A DNA stretch of 64,000 nucleotides from Deltaproteobacteria bacterium. Lineage in GTDB: Bacteria; Desulfobacterota; Binatia; Binatales; Binataceae. A program made the translations under genes and the position numbers. The stretch spans positions 10,905 through 74,904 of the forward strand of contig PNBD01000044.1 in the NCBI GenBank assembly GCA_003135855.1, given 5' to 3'. Below, piece by piece: positions 9,816 through 18,762 of this stretch. A model generated the notes under the pieces. The model did not search any database. It saw nothing but the letters and a program-made list of their open reading frames with translations, and was not told where the DNA came from. Positions within the stretch are counted from its first letter, which is position 1; each line of letters starts with the position of its first letter.

Positions 9816-10979
9816 TCAGACCGCGCGCAACGAATCAATCACGCCGATTCTCGAAGCGCGCCATGCGGGTAGCAATCCGCCGAGCGCGCCGATCATTATT
9901 CCCGCGATCAGTCCGGAGATAAACGCGCCGGGCGTCATCTGGAACCGGAAAATGAACTGGCCGACGTTCATCAACTGACTGCTGATTCCGGTCGCCGTCG
10001 CGAGCACTATTCCGAGGATCTCGCCGACAATCGCACCGGCAATTCCGAGCAGGATACTTTCGCTGACGAAGGAGAGCAGCACGCTTCGGCGATTGAAGCC
10101 CAGCGCACGCAGCACGCCGATCTCGCCGGTGCGGCGCGTCACGGCGGAATACATCGTGTTCATCGCGCCGAAGATCGATCCAATCGCGAGGATCAGTGCG
10201 ACCGCGAGACCCAATGCGCGCAACTGATCGACGAAGTCCGTCTGGCGTGTATAGAATTCGTGCTCGGAAATCACGTCGACTCGCACGCGCGAATCCGTCG
10301 TCAGCGAACTCTTGAAGGCATCTTCCATTCCCGGCTTCAGAATTACGTGCAGCAAGTTGAAGCCGTGGCCCATGTGAAAGTCCTGGGTCAGCAGATCGAG
10401 ATCGGTAAGGACCTCGGATTCGCGGGCGCTATCGCGGTCCGAAAAGACGCCCACGATTTTCCAATCGCGCTTGCCAAAACGAAAATCGCTGCCGATTGCG
10501 AGATTCGGAAAACGCGCCGCCAGCTTGCGCCCAACTACCATCTCGGCCGCGCCACCCGCCGGCCATCGCCCGCTTTCAAGCTTCATCCCGCGATGAACCT
10601 CGTATGCGATCGGATAGACGCCGCGCAGATGCGTGAAGATCACCTTCGACGCCGGTTCGTCGGGCGCCGGATTGAAACCGGTCACCATTTCGGGCGAGAC
10701 CAGCGTCTGCCCTTTCGCGTTGGTTGCGATCTGCGCGTGGCTCTTGATGATCTTGTACTGATCGAGCGTCAGGTAGCTGTCGGGTTCAGTCGCAGTTCCA
10801 CGACTCAGCACGATGAAGGTATCGGGCACCGCAGTTTTCAGGACTGTCTGGCGGAGTCCCGCGACGAATCCCGACAGGATGAACAGGATCATTACGACCA
10901 GCGCCACCACCAGCGCGGTCATGAGCGAGGTGGCGCGCCGCACCATCAGGCTGCGCAAGTTGTAGCGAATCGGAATCAC
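9816..10979 (-). CDS. MacB/FtsX-type ABC permease (type A, copy 1)
   Basis: MIPIRYNLRS, NTMYSAVTRRTGEIGVLRALGF, PAWRASR. Confidence 0.9.
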   Translation of the reverse strand: MIPIRYNLRSLMVRRATSLMTALVVALVVMILFILSGFVAGLRQTVLKTAVPDTFIVLSRGTATEPDSYLTLDQYKIIKSHAQIATNAKGQTLVSPEMVTGFNPAPDEPASKVIFTHLRGVYPIAYEVHRGMKLESGRWPAGGAAEMVVGRKLAARFPNLAIGSDFRFGKRDWKIVGVFSDRDSARESEVLTDLDLLTQDFHMGHGFNLLHVILKPGMEDAFKSSLTTDSRVRVDVISEHEFYTRQTDFVDQLRALGLAVALILAIGSIFGAMNTMYSAVTRRTGEIGVLRALGFNRRSVLLSFVSESILLGIAGAIVGEILGIVLATATGISSQLMNVGQFIFRFQMTPGAFISGLIAGIMIGALGGLLPAWRASRIGVIDSLRAV

Positions 10980-11321
10980 GCGGTTGCCGTCCCTTCGGTT
11001 GCGGAAAATGGAAAGAAGAACGCCGATCTAATTCATCGAAGTAGGCGAGTTTATACCCAGACGCGCAGTCAATCCATATCGCAATGGTCCTGCAAGCGGG
11101 AAATCTACGTCGCGGAGAAATTCGACACGGCATGTACACAATACCCAGATAAAACCTTGCTGGGTGGCCGCCGTTTGGTCTATAAGGCGAGCTGAAATCG
11201 GAGAGTAAAACGGAATCCGGTTTCGATGTTCGGAGGCGGCGGCCAGTATCGGCGCTGGACCTCTCCTCGCCATCACAGCGCCAACCGGTCGAGACAAGCA
11301 CAATCCGAGGGAGAAAAAGCC

Positions 11322-12779
11322 ATGATCAGACCGAGCAACCGGATTTGGATTGTTCTGTTAATGTCGGGCCTGATTCTGTCGTTCGTCCACGCCGACGCCC
11401 AAGAGGGGTCCCAGAAGGGTGCCCCGAACCCGTACCTGAAGGGGACCGAGGGCTACTACAAGGGGCCACGCGGGCTGACAAGCTATCAGCCGATAGCCAT
11501 CGATCAGCCATTCGCGGCAAGGATGGCCCAGGACGTGGCAGCCAAGCCGGGCATCGAACGCGAACATCAGGCGCTGCTCGACGAGCGCTACGACTTGGGC
11601 GATCACCCTGCCCGAGGCGTGACGATGGAACGTGGAAAACCACTGCAGCAAGGTGTGCGCGTCAAGCTGCCATCCGGGGTGACGTGGGATCAGCTGGCGA
11701 CGATGAGCCCGGACGACATCCGTGGGCGGGGCGTATGGCCGAAGGGGTTCCTCCCCCTGCCGCATCCCTTCCACCCTACCGGCGGCTTCGTGTTTCCGAA
11801 GGAGGAGATCGACGCGATAAAGCGGCAGGACGGGCGCGACCTGACTCGCTTTGACATCGATTTCGACCTGCCCGAACGCTTCCTGGCCGCATTTCCGCCA
11901 GCCATGTACCTGACCCCGCGACCGGATCTGGGCGATGTCTCGCAAGGCAAGCTGGTTTCGCTCACCAACTACTTCGAGATGTTCAACGGCATTCTCACGC
12001 CACGTCAGTTGGAGGGGCTGCGCTTGTTGCTGACGCCATTCCCGCAACAGCAGTTCAACGCAACCGACGATCGCAAATCGGAAATACCCAGCCAAGGCTC
12101 GGCCTGCTTCGATTGCCATTCGAACGGCCACCAGAACGGCACCACGCACCTCGCCCCCGATACCCGCCCGGAGTGGTTCCGTCACCGCATCGGGACAGTG
12201 TCGCTCCGCGGCGTTAACATTCAACGGCTGTTCGGCTCGCAGCGCGCGCTGAAGACGATCGAGGATTTCACCGAGTTCGAGCAGCGCACGGCCTATTTCG
12301 ACGGCGACATCGTGACCGCTGCGAAGAAGGGCGTGAACCCGCTCGAGCGCGGCAGCCAGGTCGACTTCATGGCCGACTTCGAGGAGATGCTGGACTTCCC
12401 GCCCGCGCCTAAACTTGACTTGCTTGGCAAGCTTGATCCCGCCAAGGCGACGCCAGCCGAAATGCGGGGACAGGGGATCTTCTTCGGTAAGGGCCAATGC
12501 GCGAGCTGCCATCAGCCGCCCTATTACACCGACAACCTGATGCACGATCTCGAAACGGAGCGCTTCTTCAAACCGGAAATGGTCAACTACGCGATGGAGG
12601 TCGGGGACGGGAAGATCAAGACGTTCCCGCTGCGCGGCGTCAAGGACAACCCGCCCTACCTGCATGATGAGCGTTTGCTGACGCTGGACGACACGGTCGA
12701 GTTCTTCAACCTGGTGCTCGGCGACAAACTGACCGCGGAGGAGAAGCAGGATTTGGTGGCGTTCCTGCGCGCCCTGTAA
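11322..12779 (+). CDS. Periplasmic di-haem cytochrome c peroxidase/MauG-superfamily protein
   Basis: Signal peptide; two CXXCH motifs (CFDCH, CASCH); RGQGIFFGKGQC, KTFPLRGV..NPPYLHD, LTAEEKQDLVAFLRAL; RBS GAGGGAG. Confidence 0.82.
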   Translation: MIRPSNRIWIVLLMSGLILSFVHADAQEGSQKGAPNPYLKGTEGYYKGPRGLTSYQPIAIDQPFAARMAQDVAAKPGIEREHQALLDERYDLGDHPARGVTMERGKPLQQGVRVKLPSGVTWDQLATMSPDDIRGRGVWPKGFLPLPHPFHPTGGFVFPKEEIDAIKRQDGRDLTRFDIDFDLPERFLAAFPPAMYLTPRPDLGDVSQGKLVSLTNYFEMFNGILTPRQLEGLRLLLTPFPQQQFNATDDRKSEIPSQGSACFDCHSNGHQNGTTHLAPDTRPEWFRHRIGTVSLRGVNIQRLFGSQRALKTIEDFTEFEQRTAYFDGDIVTAAKKGVNPLERGSQVDFMADFEEMLDFPPAPKLDLLGKLDPAKATPAEMRGQGIFFGKGQCASCHQPPYYTDNLMHDLETERFFKPEMVNYAMEVGDGKIKTFPLRGVKDNPPYLHDERLLTLDDTVEFFNLVLGDKLTAEEKQDLVAFLRAL

Positions 12780-12794
12780 TCAGATTCGGGAAAC

Positions 12795-12828
12795 CAGACA
12801 CGGGCAGCGCAGCAGCCGCCCGTGTCTG
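12795..12828. terminator. Hairpin between convergent genes, probable terminator
   Basis: CAGACACGGGC...GCCCGTGTCTG perfect 11-bp stem; no long U-tract. Confidence 0.5.
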
Positions 12829-12839
12829 CGGGAAAATCG

Positions 12840-13370
12840 TCAGGACATCTTCTTCAGCAGGTCCGCCATGTCGTTGGCGTGCTCTTCTTCGGCCTTGTTG
12901 ATCTGCTCGATCATGATTCGCGTGGTCGGATCGTCATTGGCGAGCCATCGAATGATCTCGGAGTAGGTCTCGATCGCGATTCGCTCGGCGACCAGATCTT
13001 CCTTGATCATCTCCGTCAGGTTTTGCCCCTCGGCATATTGCGAATGACTCCTGGTCGCGAGGCCGTCCGGATTGAAGTTCGGCTCGCCGTCGAGTTGCGT
13101 AATTCGCTCAGCGACCCAATCCGCATGCTGCTGCTCTTCGTTGGCATGCTGCAAGAATTCTTTTTTGGCGGCGTCGGCGTTGATCCCCTGCGCCATGTAG
13201 TAGTGACGCTTGTAGCGCAGCACGCATACAATTTCTGTCGCGAGCACTTCATTGAGGACGGACAGCACCTTCTTGCGGTCCGCCTTGTATCCCTCGGTGA
13301 CGGCGCCCGCTTCCATGTGTGCGCGAGCGCGTTGTCGAATCGTTTTAACATCGGTCAAGAACTCTGCCAT
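12840..13370 (-). CDS. Ferritin-like protein (bacterioferritin/DpsL-like)
   Basis: LNEVLATE...Y..H, EEQQHAD..AERI.QL.GEP, DLVAER.AI..Y, DPTTR, EEEH di-iron motifs. Confidence 0.88.
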   Translation of the reverse strand: MAEFLTDVKTIRQRARAHMEAGAVTEGYKADRKKVLSVLNEVLATEIVCVLRYKRHYYMAQGINADAAKKEFLQHANEEQQHADWVAERITQLDGEPNFNPDGLATRSHSQYAEGQNLTEMIKEDLVAERIAIETYSEIIRWLANDDPTTRIMIEQINKAEEEHANDMADLLKKMS

Positions 13371-13500
13371 TGGAAATTCTCCTTGGTTACTTCAAGCCTA
13401 ACTCGTTTGCCGCACTATTGGCAGGGCGAGACGGGCCGGTGAAGACTCTGCTCTGTCGTGCTACGGTTGGGGCGAATCTCGGGACCGCCGGAAGTAGCTT

Positions 13501-14874
13501 TTGGAACCTCGCATACTCGCGCGCGCGGAACATCCCATCTCACGTCGAGATATCGACGCCAACGTCCTGAAGGTGCTCTATCGCCTGACAGGTGCGGGCT
13601 ACCTTGCGTTTCTGGTGGGCGGCAGTGTGCGCGATCTGATGCTCTCGCGACGGCCCAAGGACTTCGACGTCGCAACCTCGGCGCATCCGCAGGAAGTGCG
13701 CGATTTGTTCCGCAACTCACGCCTGATCGGCCGGCGCTTTCGCCTGGTGCACGTTTTCTTTGGACGGCAGAATGTCGAGGTCGCCACCTTCAGGCGTCAA
13801 GCCGAGGGGGTCGCCGATAGCGACGATCCGCTGATCCGGCTCGACAATACTTTCGGCACGCCCGAGGAAGATGCGTTTCGCCGCGATTTCACCGTCAACG
13901 CGCTTTTTTACGACGCGCAATCGTTTCAGGTGATCGATTTTCCCGGCGGCGTCAACGATCTCGAAGCGCGCCTGATCCGCACGATTGGCGATCCTGAAAT
14001 CAGGATGCGCGAAGACCCGGTGCGGATGATGCGTGCGGTGCGCTTCGCCGCGAAACTTGGCTTTGAAATCGAGCCGGCGACGCGCGCCGCAATTGAACGG
14101 CATCGCGCGGATTTGCGCAAAGCCGCGGTTCCGCGCCTGGTCGAAGAAACATTTCGCACACTGGGACAGCCCGAAGCCGCGCACGCGGTCGTTCTGATGG
14201 AGGAACTCGGACTTCTCGAATCCGTGGTGCCGATTTTGTCGGAGCATCTGAAGGCGGGCGAGGGCACGCTGTCGGAGCAGGCCACGATTCGCAACGTCGC
14301 GGCGCTCGGCAAGGCAATCGCGGCGGGCGCAATACCTGAGCGATCGACGGTGCTGTCCGCGCTGATGCTCGACGTGTTCCGCCGTCAGTTCGGGCGCGCC
14401 CGTGCGGAGCGAATCGATCTGCTGGCATCGCTTCGCGCACGCGGGTTCGCTCGCGGCGACACCGAGCAGATGCGTCTGATCCTCGAGGCGTTCGAGAATT
14501 TCGCGACTCCAACCCGGCGCACGCGACGCCTGATGCGCCGGCCGTACTTTCCCGACGCGCGGCTGTTCTTCGAGATGACCGCCCCCACCTACAGTATCGA
14601 CACCAGCCGCATGATGCGGTTTCTCGCCGATCCTGACAGCTTCGCCGTGACGCCCGTTCCAGCCGCTTCGCAATCGCCGGCCGGCGACCATCGCCGGCGC
14701 CGGCGGCGTCGTCGCGCACGCCGCGGGTTCGGCTCGAATCAGGCAGGCGCTGGCGCTTCGACGGCGACCGATCAAAGCGGATCCGGCCAGCAGCCGCATC
14801 TCGATAACGGAAGTTCGGATGGTCGCGGTTCGGTTGACGGCAATTCGGCTGGCTCGGAGCGCGAGCGCGACTGA
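13501..14874 (+). CDS. pcnB: Poly(A) polymerase I
   Basis: VGGSVRD, PKDFDVAT, PAP-specific LIGRRFRLVHV, RRDFTVNAL, EDPVRMMRAVRF; Arg-rich disordered tail. Confidence 0.92.
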   Translation: MEPRILARAEHPISRRDIDANVLKVLYRLTGAGYLAFLVGGSVRDLMLSRRPKDFDVATSAHPQEVRDLFRNSRLIGRRFRLVHVFFGRQNVEVATFRRQAEGVADSDDPLIRLDNTFGTPEEDAFRRDFTVNALFYDAQSFQVIDFPGGVNDLEARLIRTIGDPEIRMREDPVRMMRAVRFAAKLGFEIEPATRAAIERHRADLRKAAVPRLVEETFRTLGQPEAAHAVVLMEELGLLESVVPILSEHLKAGEGTLSEQATIRNVAALGKAIAAGAIPERSTVLSALMLDVFRRQFGRARAERIDLLASLRARGFARGDTEQMRLILEAFENFATPTRRTRRLMRRPYFPDARLFFEMTAPTYSIDTSRMMRFLADPDSFAVTPVPAASQSPAGDHRRRRRRRRARRGFGSNQAGAGASTATDQSGSGQQPHLDNGSSDGRGSVDGNSAGSERERD

Positions 14875-15016
14875 TCTGACCGCTTCGACTGTTTCGTTCG
14901 TTTCAGATAGCCATCGACTAACCAATCCGCTTCTACTAACTTGGCGTTGCAGACGATGCGCGCGGTATCGCGCGAGCTTGCGGCCAATTTCATTCCGGAC
15001 GAGAGGCGAGAAATCC

Positions 15017-15943
15017 TTGGCGGCCAACAATTTACGTTCCGACAAAATCTGGATGGACGGTGTGATGGTGCCCTACGATCAGGCCACCGTGCACGTGCTC
15101 ACCCACAGCCTGCACTACGGGCTGGGCGTGTTCGAAGGGATGCGCTGCTACAAGACCGACAACGGTCACTCGGCGATTTTCCGCGGCCGGGAGCATATTC
15201 GGCGGCTGATCGAGTCGGGGCACATCGTCGAGATGGAAGTTCCTTACAGCCAGGAGGAATTGCTCAAGGCATGCGTCGATGTCGTGCGGGTGAACAAATT
15301 CGCCGAATGCTACCTGCGGCCGCTGGTGTTCTTTGGCGAAGGCGAGATGGGACTTTCGGCACGTGGCAACAAGATTCGCGTATCGATCGCGGCGTGGCCG
15401 TGGGGCGCGTATCTCGGCCAGGACAGCATTGAAAAAGGCGTCAGGCTCAAGACCTCGTCGTTCGTGCGATTTCATCACAACTCGATGATGCCGGCCGCGA
15501 AGGCCACCGGGCATTACGTCAATTCGATCCTCGCCGGCTATGAAGCGCGTCGCAACGGTTACGACGAAGCGCTACTGCTCAATACCGAGGGTTTCGTCGC
15601 GGAAGGCAGTGGCGAGAACGTTTTCGTGATTCGCGACGGGATCGTGTCGACGCCGCCGCTCACCTCGGTGCTGGCCGGAATCACGCGCGACGCAGTCATC
15701 CGGATTCTGCGCGACCTCAGGATCGAGGTGCGCGAGCAATATTTTGCGCGCGACGCATTCTACATCGCCGATGAAGCATTCATGACCGGCACGGCCGCGG
15801 AAGTGACGCCGGTGGTCGAGCTTGACGATCGCAAAATCGGCTCGGGGCGGCCCGGATCAATCACGGCCAAGGTGATACAGGTGTTCCAGGATGCGTTGCG
15901 CGGGCGGGATCCTCGCTATCGCGAATGGCTGTATCAGGTCTGA
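15017..15943 (+). CDS. ilvE: Branched-chain amino acid aminotransferase
   Basis: HSLHYGLGVFEG, AKATGHYVNS (PLP Lys), EGSGEN, LAGITR, TGTAAEVTP; TTG start after GAGAGG. Confidence 0.95.
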   Translation: MAANNLRSDKIWMDGVMVPYDQATVHVLTHSLHYGLGVFEGMRCYKTDNGHSAIFRGREHIRRLIESGHIVEMEVPYSQEELLKACVDVVRVNKFAECYLRPLVFFGEGEMGLSARGNKIRVSIAAWPWGAYLGQDSIEKGVRLKTSSFVRFHHNSMMPAAKATGHYVNSILAGYEARRNGYDEALLLNTEGFVAEGSGENVFVIRDGIVSTPPLTSVLAGITRDAVIRILRDLRIEVREQYFARDAFYIADEAFMTGTAAEVTPVVELDDRKIGSGRPGSITAKVIQVFQDALRGRDPRYREWLYQV

Positions 15944-15950
15944 AACATCT

Positions 15951-15976
15951 GGAACTTTTCGCCGCCGTCGAGTGTT
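15951..15976 (+). promoter_or_regulatory. Possible ECF-sigma promoter for bcp
   Basis: GGAAC-N18-GTT 28 nt upstream of the peroxiredoxin ATG; resembles SigR/SigH-type consensus. Confidence 0.4.
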
Positions 15977-16003
15977 AAAAGGGGGGCGGCTGGCGGTCAT
16001 CGT

Positions 16004-16594
16004 ATGAAGTTGTTGACCTTTGCTTTAATCGTGCTCGTGGTGGCGGTCGGCGCGATCGCGCTCAGGCCGCGAATCGCGCGCGCGGATCTGGTCAAGGTAG
16101 GCCAGCTTGCGCCGCCATTTTCGGCGCAGATGGTTGCCGGCGATCAGCAGACGCCCGTCTCGCTGTCAGATTTCCACGGCCGCAAAGTCATTCTCTATTT
16201 TTATCCAAAGGACGACACGCCCGGATGCACCAAGGAGGCGTGCGCGTTTCGTGACGGCTACGCGCGGTTTCAGAATGCGGGGCTGGTCGTGCTCGGCTGC
16301 AGTATCGATTCGGCGGACTCACACAAAGAATTCATAAGGAAATACAGTCTGCCATTTTCGCTGTTGCTCGATCCGGATCGAAAAATAGCGAGCGCCTACG
16401 GCGCGGCGAATGGCATCCCGATCCTCGGACTCGATCGGCGGGTCACTTACGTGATCGACGAGAACGGCAAGGTGCTGAAGGTCTATCCCAACGTGGATCC
16501 GGCGACTCACGCGATCGAGATTCTGAACGATCTCGGTGCGGCCGACGCCACGCCCGCTGCTCCTGAGCAAACGCCAACACCGGCTGCCGACTGA
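16004..16594 (+). CDS. bcp: Peroxiredoxin, BCP/PrxQ type, with N-terminal signal peptide
   Basis: YFYPKDDTPGCTKEACAFRD motif; hydrophobic N-terminus. Confidence 0.9.
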   Translation: MKLLTFALIVLVVAVGAIALRPRIARADLVKVGQLAPPFSAQMVAGDQQTPVSLSDFHGRKVILYFYPKDDTPGCTKEACAFRDGYARFQNAGLVVLGCSIDSADSHKEFIRKYSLPFSLLLDPDRKIASAYGAANGIPILGLDRRVTYVIDENGKVLKVYPNVDPATHAIEILNDLGAADATPAAPEQTPTPAAD

Positions 16595-16600
16595 GGCTGG

Positions 16601-17332
16601 TTAACGCATCGCCTCGCTCGGTGAGTAGCCGAGACTGACTGCCAGCAGAACGGCCGCCGCCGCGAGCGTCTCGGGATACCTCTCGTCGCAAATCATCGTC
16701 GAGAGAACGGCAAGATGCGCCGACACCGTAGCCGCATCGTCGTCGCGCGCGCATCCAACGCTATCCGAATCGAAGATCGCATCGATAATCGCGTTGGGAT
16801 CATAACCTGATTCAGCCAGCGCTTCCCGTATTGCGCGCCGCCGGAATTCGCGCGGCTCGACGAGATCGAAATCTACGATCGCATCGATTCGCTCGCGAAA
16901 CTTCGGCAGCAACGATCCATATCGTGCATTTGCGTCGAGATGCGGAGCTACTTGCTGCTCAGCTAGAAAATCCTCGACCGCGGCTTGGTCGCCATACACG
17001 CTGAGCGATCCAGTTGCCGGCTCGAGCTTGACGAACTGCTCGTCGCTACTATCGTCGATTCGCTCGATTCCCAGGGGATAGAGGCGGCACGCCAGCGGAC
17101 GTCCACGATGCATCCCGCAGCGCACGCCCTCGAGCGCGATGCATGCGCCATGATCGGTGAATTTCAGGATCGATCCGCGTCGAATCGTGTACCGCGCGAT
17201 CGCCTCGGCCGTTGTGATTCGCCTGGTGCGCGCTATTCGCAGCACGTCATACGGCGACAGCGTGATCACCTTGTCATGGCAGCATCGCCCGCACGCGTTG
17301 CACACATAGGAGAACGGACTGTTACGATTCAT
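16601..17332 (-). CDS. YkgJ family cysteine-cluster protein
   Basis: CNACGRCC...C..L....C..H..RPLACRLYP; start uncertain (17332 or 17356). Confidence 0.78.
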   Translation of the reverse strand: MNRNSPFSYVCNACGRCCHDKVITLSPYDVLRIARTRRITTAEAIARYTIRRGSILKFTDHGACIALEGVRCGMHRGRPLACRLYPLGIERIDDSSDEQFVKLEPATGSLSVYGDQAAVEDFLAEQQVAPHLDANARYGSLLPKFRERIDAIVDFDLVEPREFRRRAIREALAESGYDPNAIIDAIFDSDSVGCARDDDAATVSAHLAVLSTMICDERYPETLAAAAVLLAVSLGYSPSEAMR

Positions 17333-17422
17333 GATCGCTTTTGGGCTATAGTACAAACGGCCGAGAGCGACGGATCAAGCAACCGCGTCGCCTCGGACCG
17401 CCCCAAAGTAAGGGAGTACTCC

Positions 17423-18613
17423 ATGGATTTCACTTGGTCGGCTGAACAAGATGCGTATCGGATGCAGGTGCGGAGTTGGCTCGAAGCGAACCGGCCCCGA
17501 TCGCTCGGGCCGCGCGGCGACGATCCCGAAGCGAGCGGCGATGAGGAAAACTGGCATCGCCTGAAGAGCTGGCACACCAAGCTCTACGACGCCGGGTGGG
17601 CCGGACTCACCTGGCCAAAAGAATACGGCGGCCGCGGCGCGACGTTTATCGAGCAACTGATTTTCAACCAGGAGCTCGGACGCCTCAACCTGCCGATGGG
17701 ATGCAACGTGCTCGGCGTGATCATGAACGGTCCCGCGCTCATGCAGTGGGGCACCGAGGCGCAGAAAAAGCGCTACCTGCAGCCGATTCTCGCCGGCGAG
17801 GAAATCTGGTGCGAGGGCATGTCGGAGCCGGGCGCCGGCTCGGACCTCGCGTCGATCCAGTGCCGCGCGGAGTTGAAGGGCGATGAGTTCATCGTCAACG
17901 GGCAGAAGGTGTGGACCACGATCGCGCATCGCTCGCAGTTCTGTCAGCTGTTCGTAAGAACCGATCCCGAAGCGCCGAAGCATAAGGGAATGAGCGCGCT
18001 GATCGTCGATATGCGGAGTCCCGGTGTGACCGTGCGGCCGCTCAAGCAAATTACCGGCGACTCGGAATTCAACGAGATTTTTTTCGAAGACGTTCGAGTG
18101 CCGAAGGAGAACCTGCTCGGACCGATCAACATGGGATGGCAGGTGCTGGTCGCTACGCTGATGCATGAGCGATTCGGCATCGGCGAGACGCTCGGCGGTA
18201 CCGAGCAAGTGCTGCAGCAGATCGTGCAGATCGCGAAGTCGGTCCACGTCAATGGACGGCCGGCGATCGAGGACAACGATATTCGCCAGCAGATCGCCCA
18301 GTTCGCGATCGAGACGACCGCCAAGAAATACAACGGCCTCAGGAGCCTCTCGAAGCGTCTCAAGGGGCAGCAACCGGGGCCCGAGGCCTCGATCTCCAAG
18401 CTGCTCTCCACCGATCTCGGTCAGCGAATGACGAAATTTGTCACGCGCATCCTCGGCGGATACGCGATGCTCGAGCGACGCTCACCGTTCGCACCCGAAG
18501 GCGACTGGATGCGGCGAATCCTCTCGTCGGAAGCGATGACGATTGCCGGCGGGACCTCGCCAGTGCAGAAAAACATGATCGGCGAGCGAATCCTGCAACT
18601 GCCCAAGGGCTGA
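17423..18613 (+). CDS. Acyl-CoA dehydrogenase (FadE-type)
   Basis: WPKEYGG, WCEGMSEPGAGSDL, NGQKVWT, FNEIFFEDVRVP, TIAGGT; RBS AGGGAG. Confidence 0.93.
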   Translation: MDFTWSAEQDAYRMQVRSWLEANRPRSLGPRGDDPEASGDEENWHRLKSWHTKLYDAGWAGLTWPKEYGGRGATFIEQLIFNQELGRLNLPMGCNVLGVIMNGPALMQWGTEAQKKRYLQPILAGEEIWCEGMSEPGAGSDLASIQCRAELKGDEFIVNGQKVWTTIAHRSQFCQLFVRTDPEAPKHKGMSALIVDMRSPGVTVRPLKQITGDSEFNEIFFEDVRVPKENLLGPINMGWQVLVATLMHERFGIGETLGGTEQVLQQIVQIAKSVHVNGRPAIEDNDIRQQIAQFAIETTAKKYNGLRSLSKRLKGQQPGPEASISKLLSTDLGQRMTKFVTRILGGYAMLERRSPFAPEGDWMRRILSSEAMTIAGGTSPVQKNMIGERILQLPKG

Positions 18614-18634
18614 TCTCCGGGCGGACGAATCTCC

Positions 18635-18669
18635 GAAGAGGCGGTCCGACCGGCCGCCTCTTTTCGTTT
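18635..18669 (+). terminator. Intrinsic terminator
   Basis: GAAGAGGCGGTC...GGCCGCCTCTTT stem followed by T-rich run. Confidence 0.7.
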
Positions 18670-18762
18670 GCGAATTTTTTTTAAATTCGCGGGTTGTATT
18701 TGACACATTTTTTCGACAGTTGTTTCCACCAAGCAAAGACCGCGACCTTGGAGCCTGTGACG

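Noticed and set aside
14915-14945. Leu codon cluster with rare CTA codons (CTA...CTT CTA CTA) upstream of ilvE, like a leucine attenuator
   Set aside because: No good in-frame start, no stop before ilvE and no terminator; better explained as a sigma70 promoter TCGACT-N17-TAACTT
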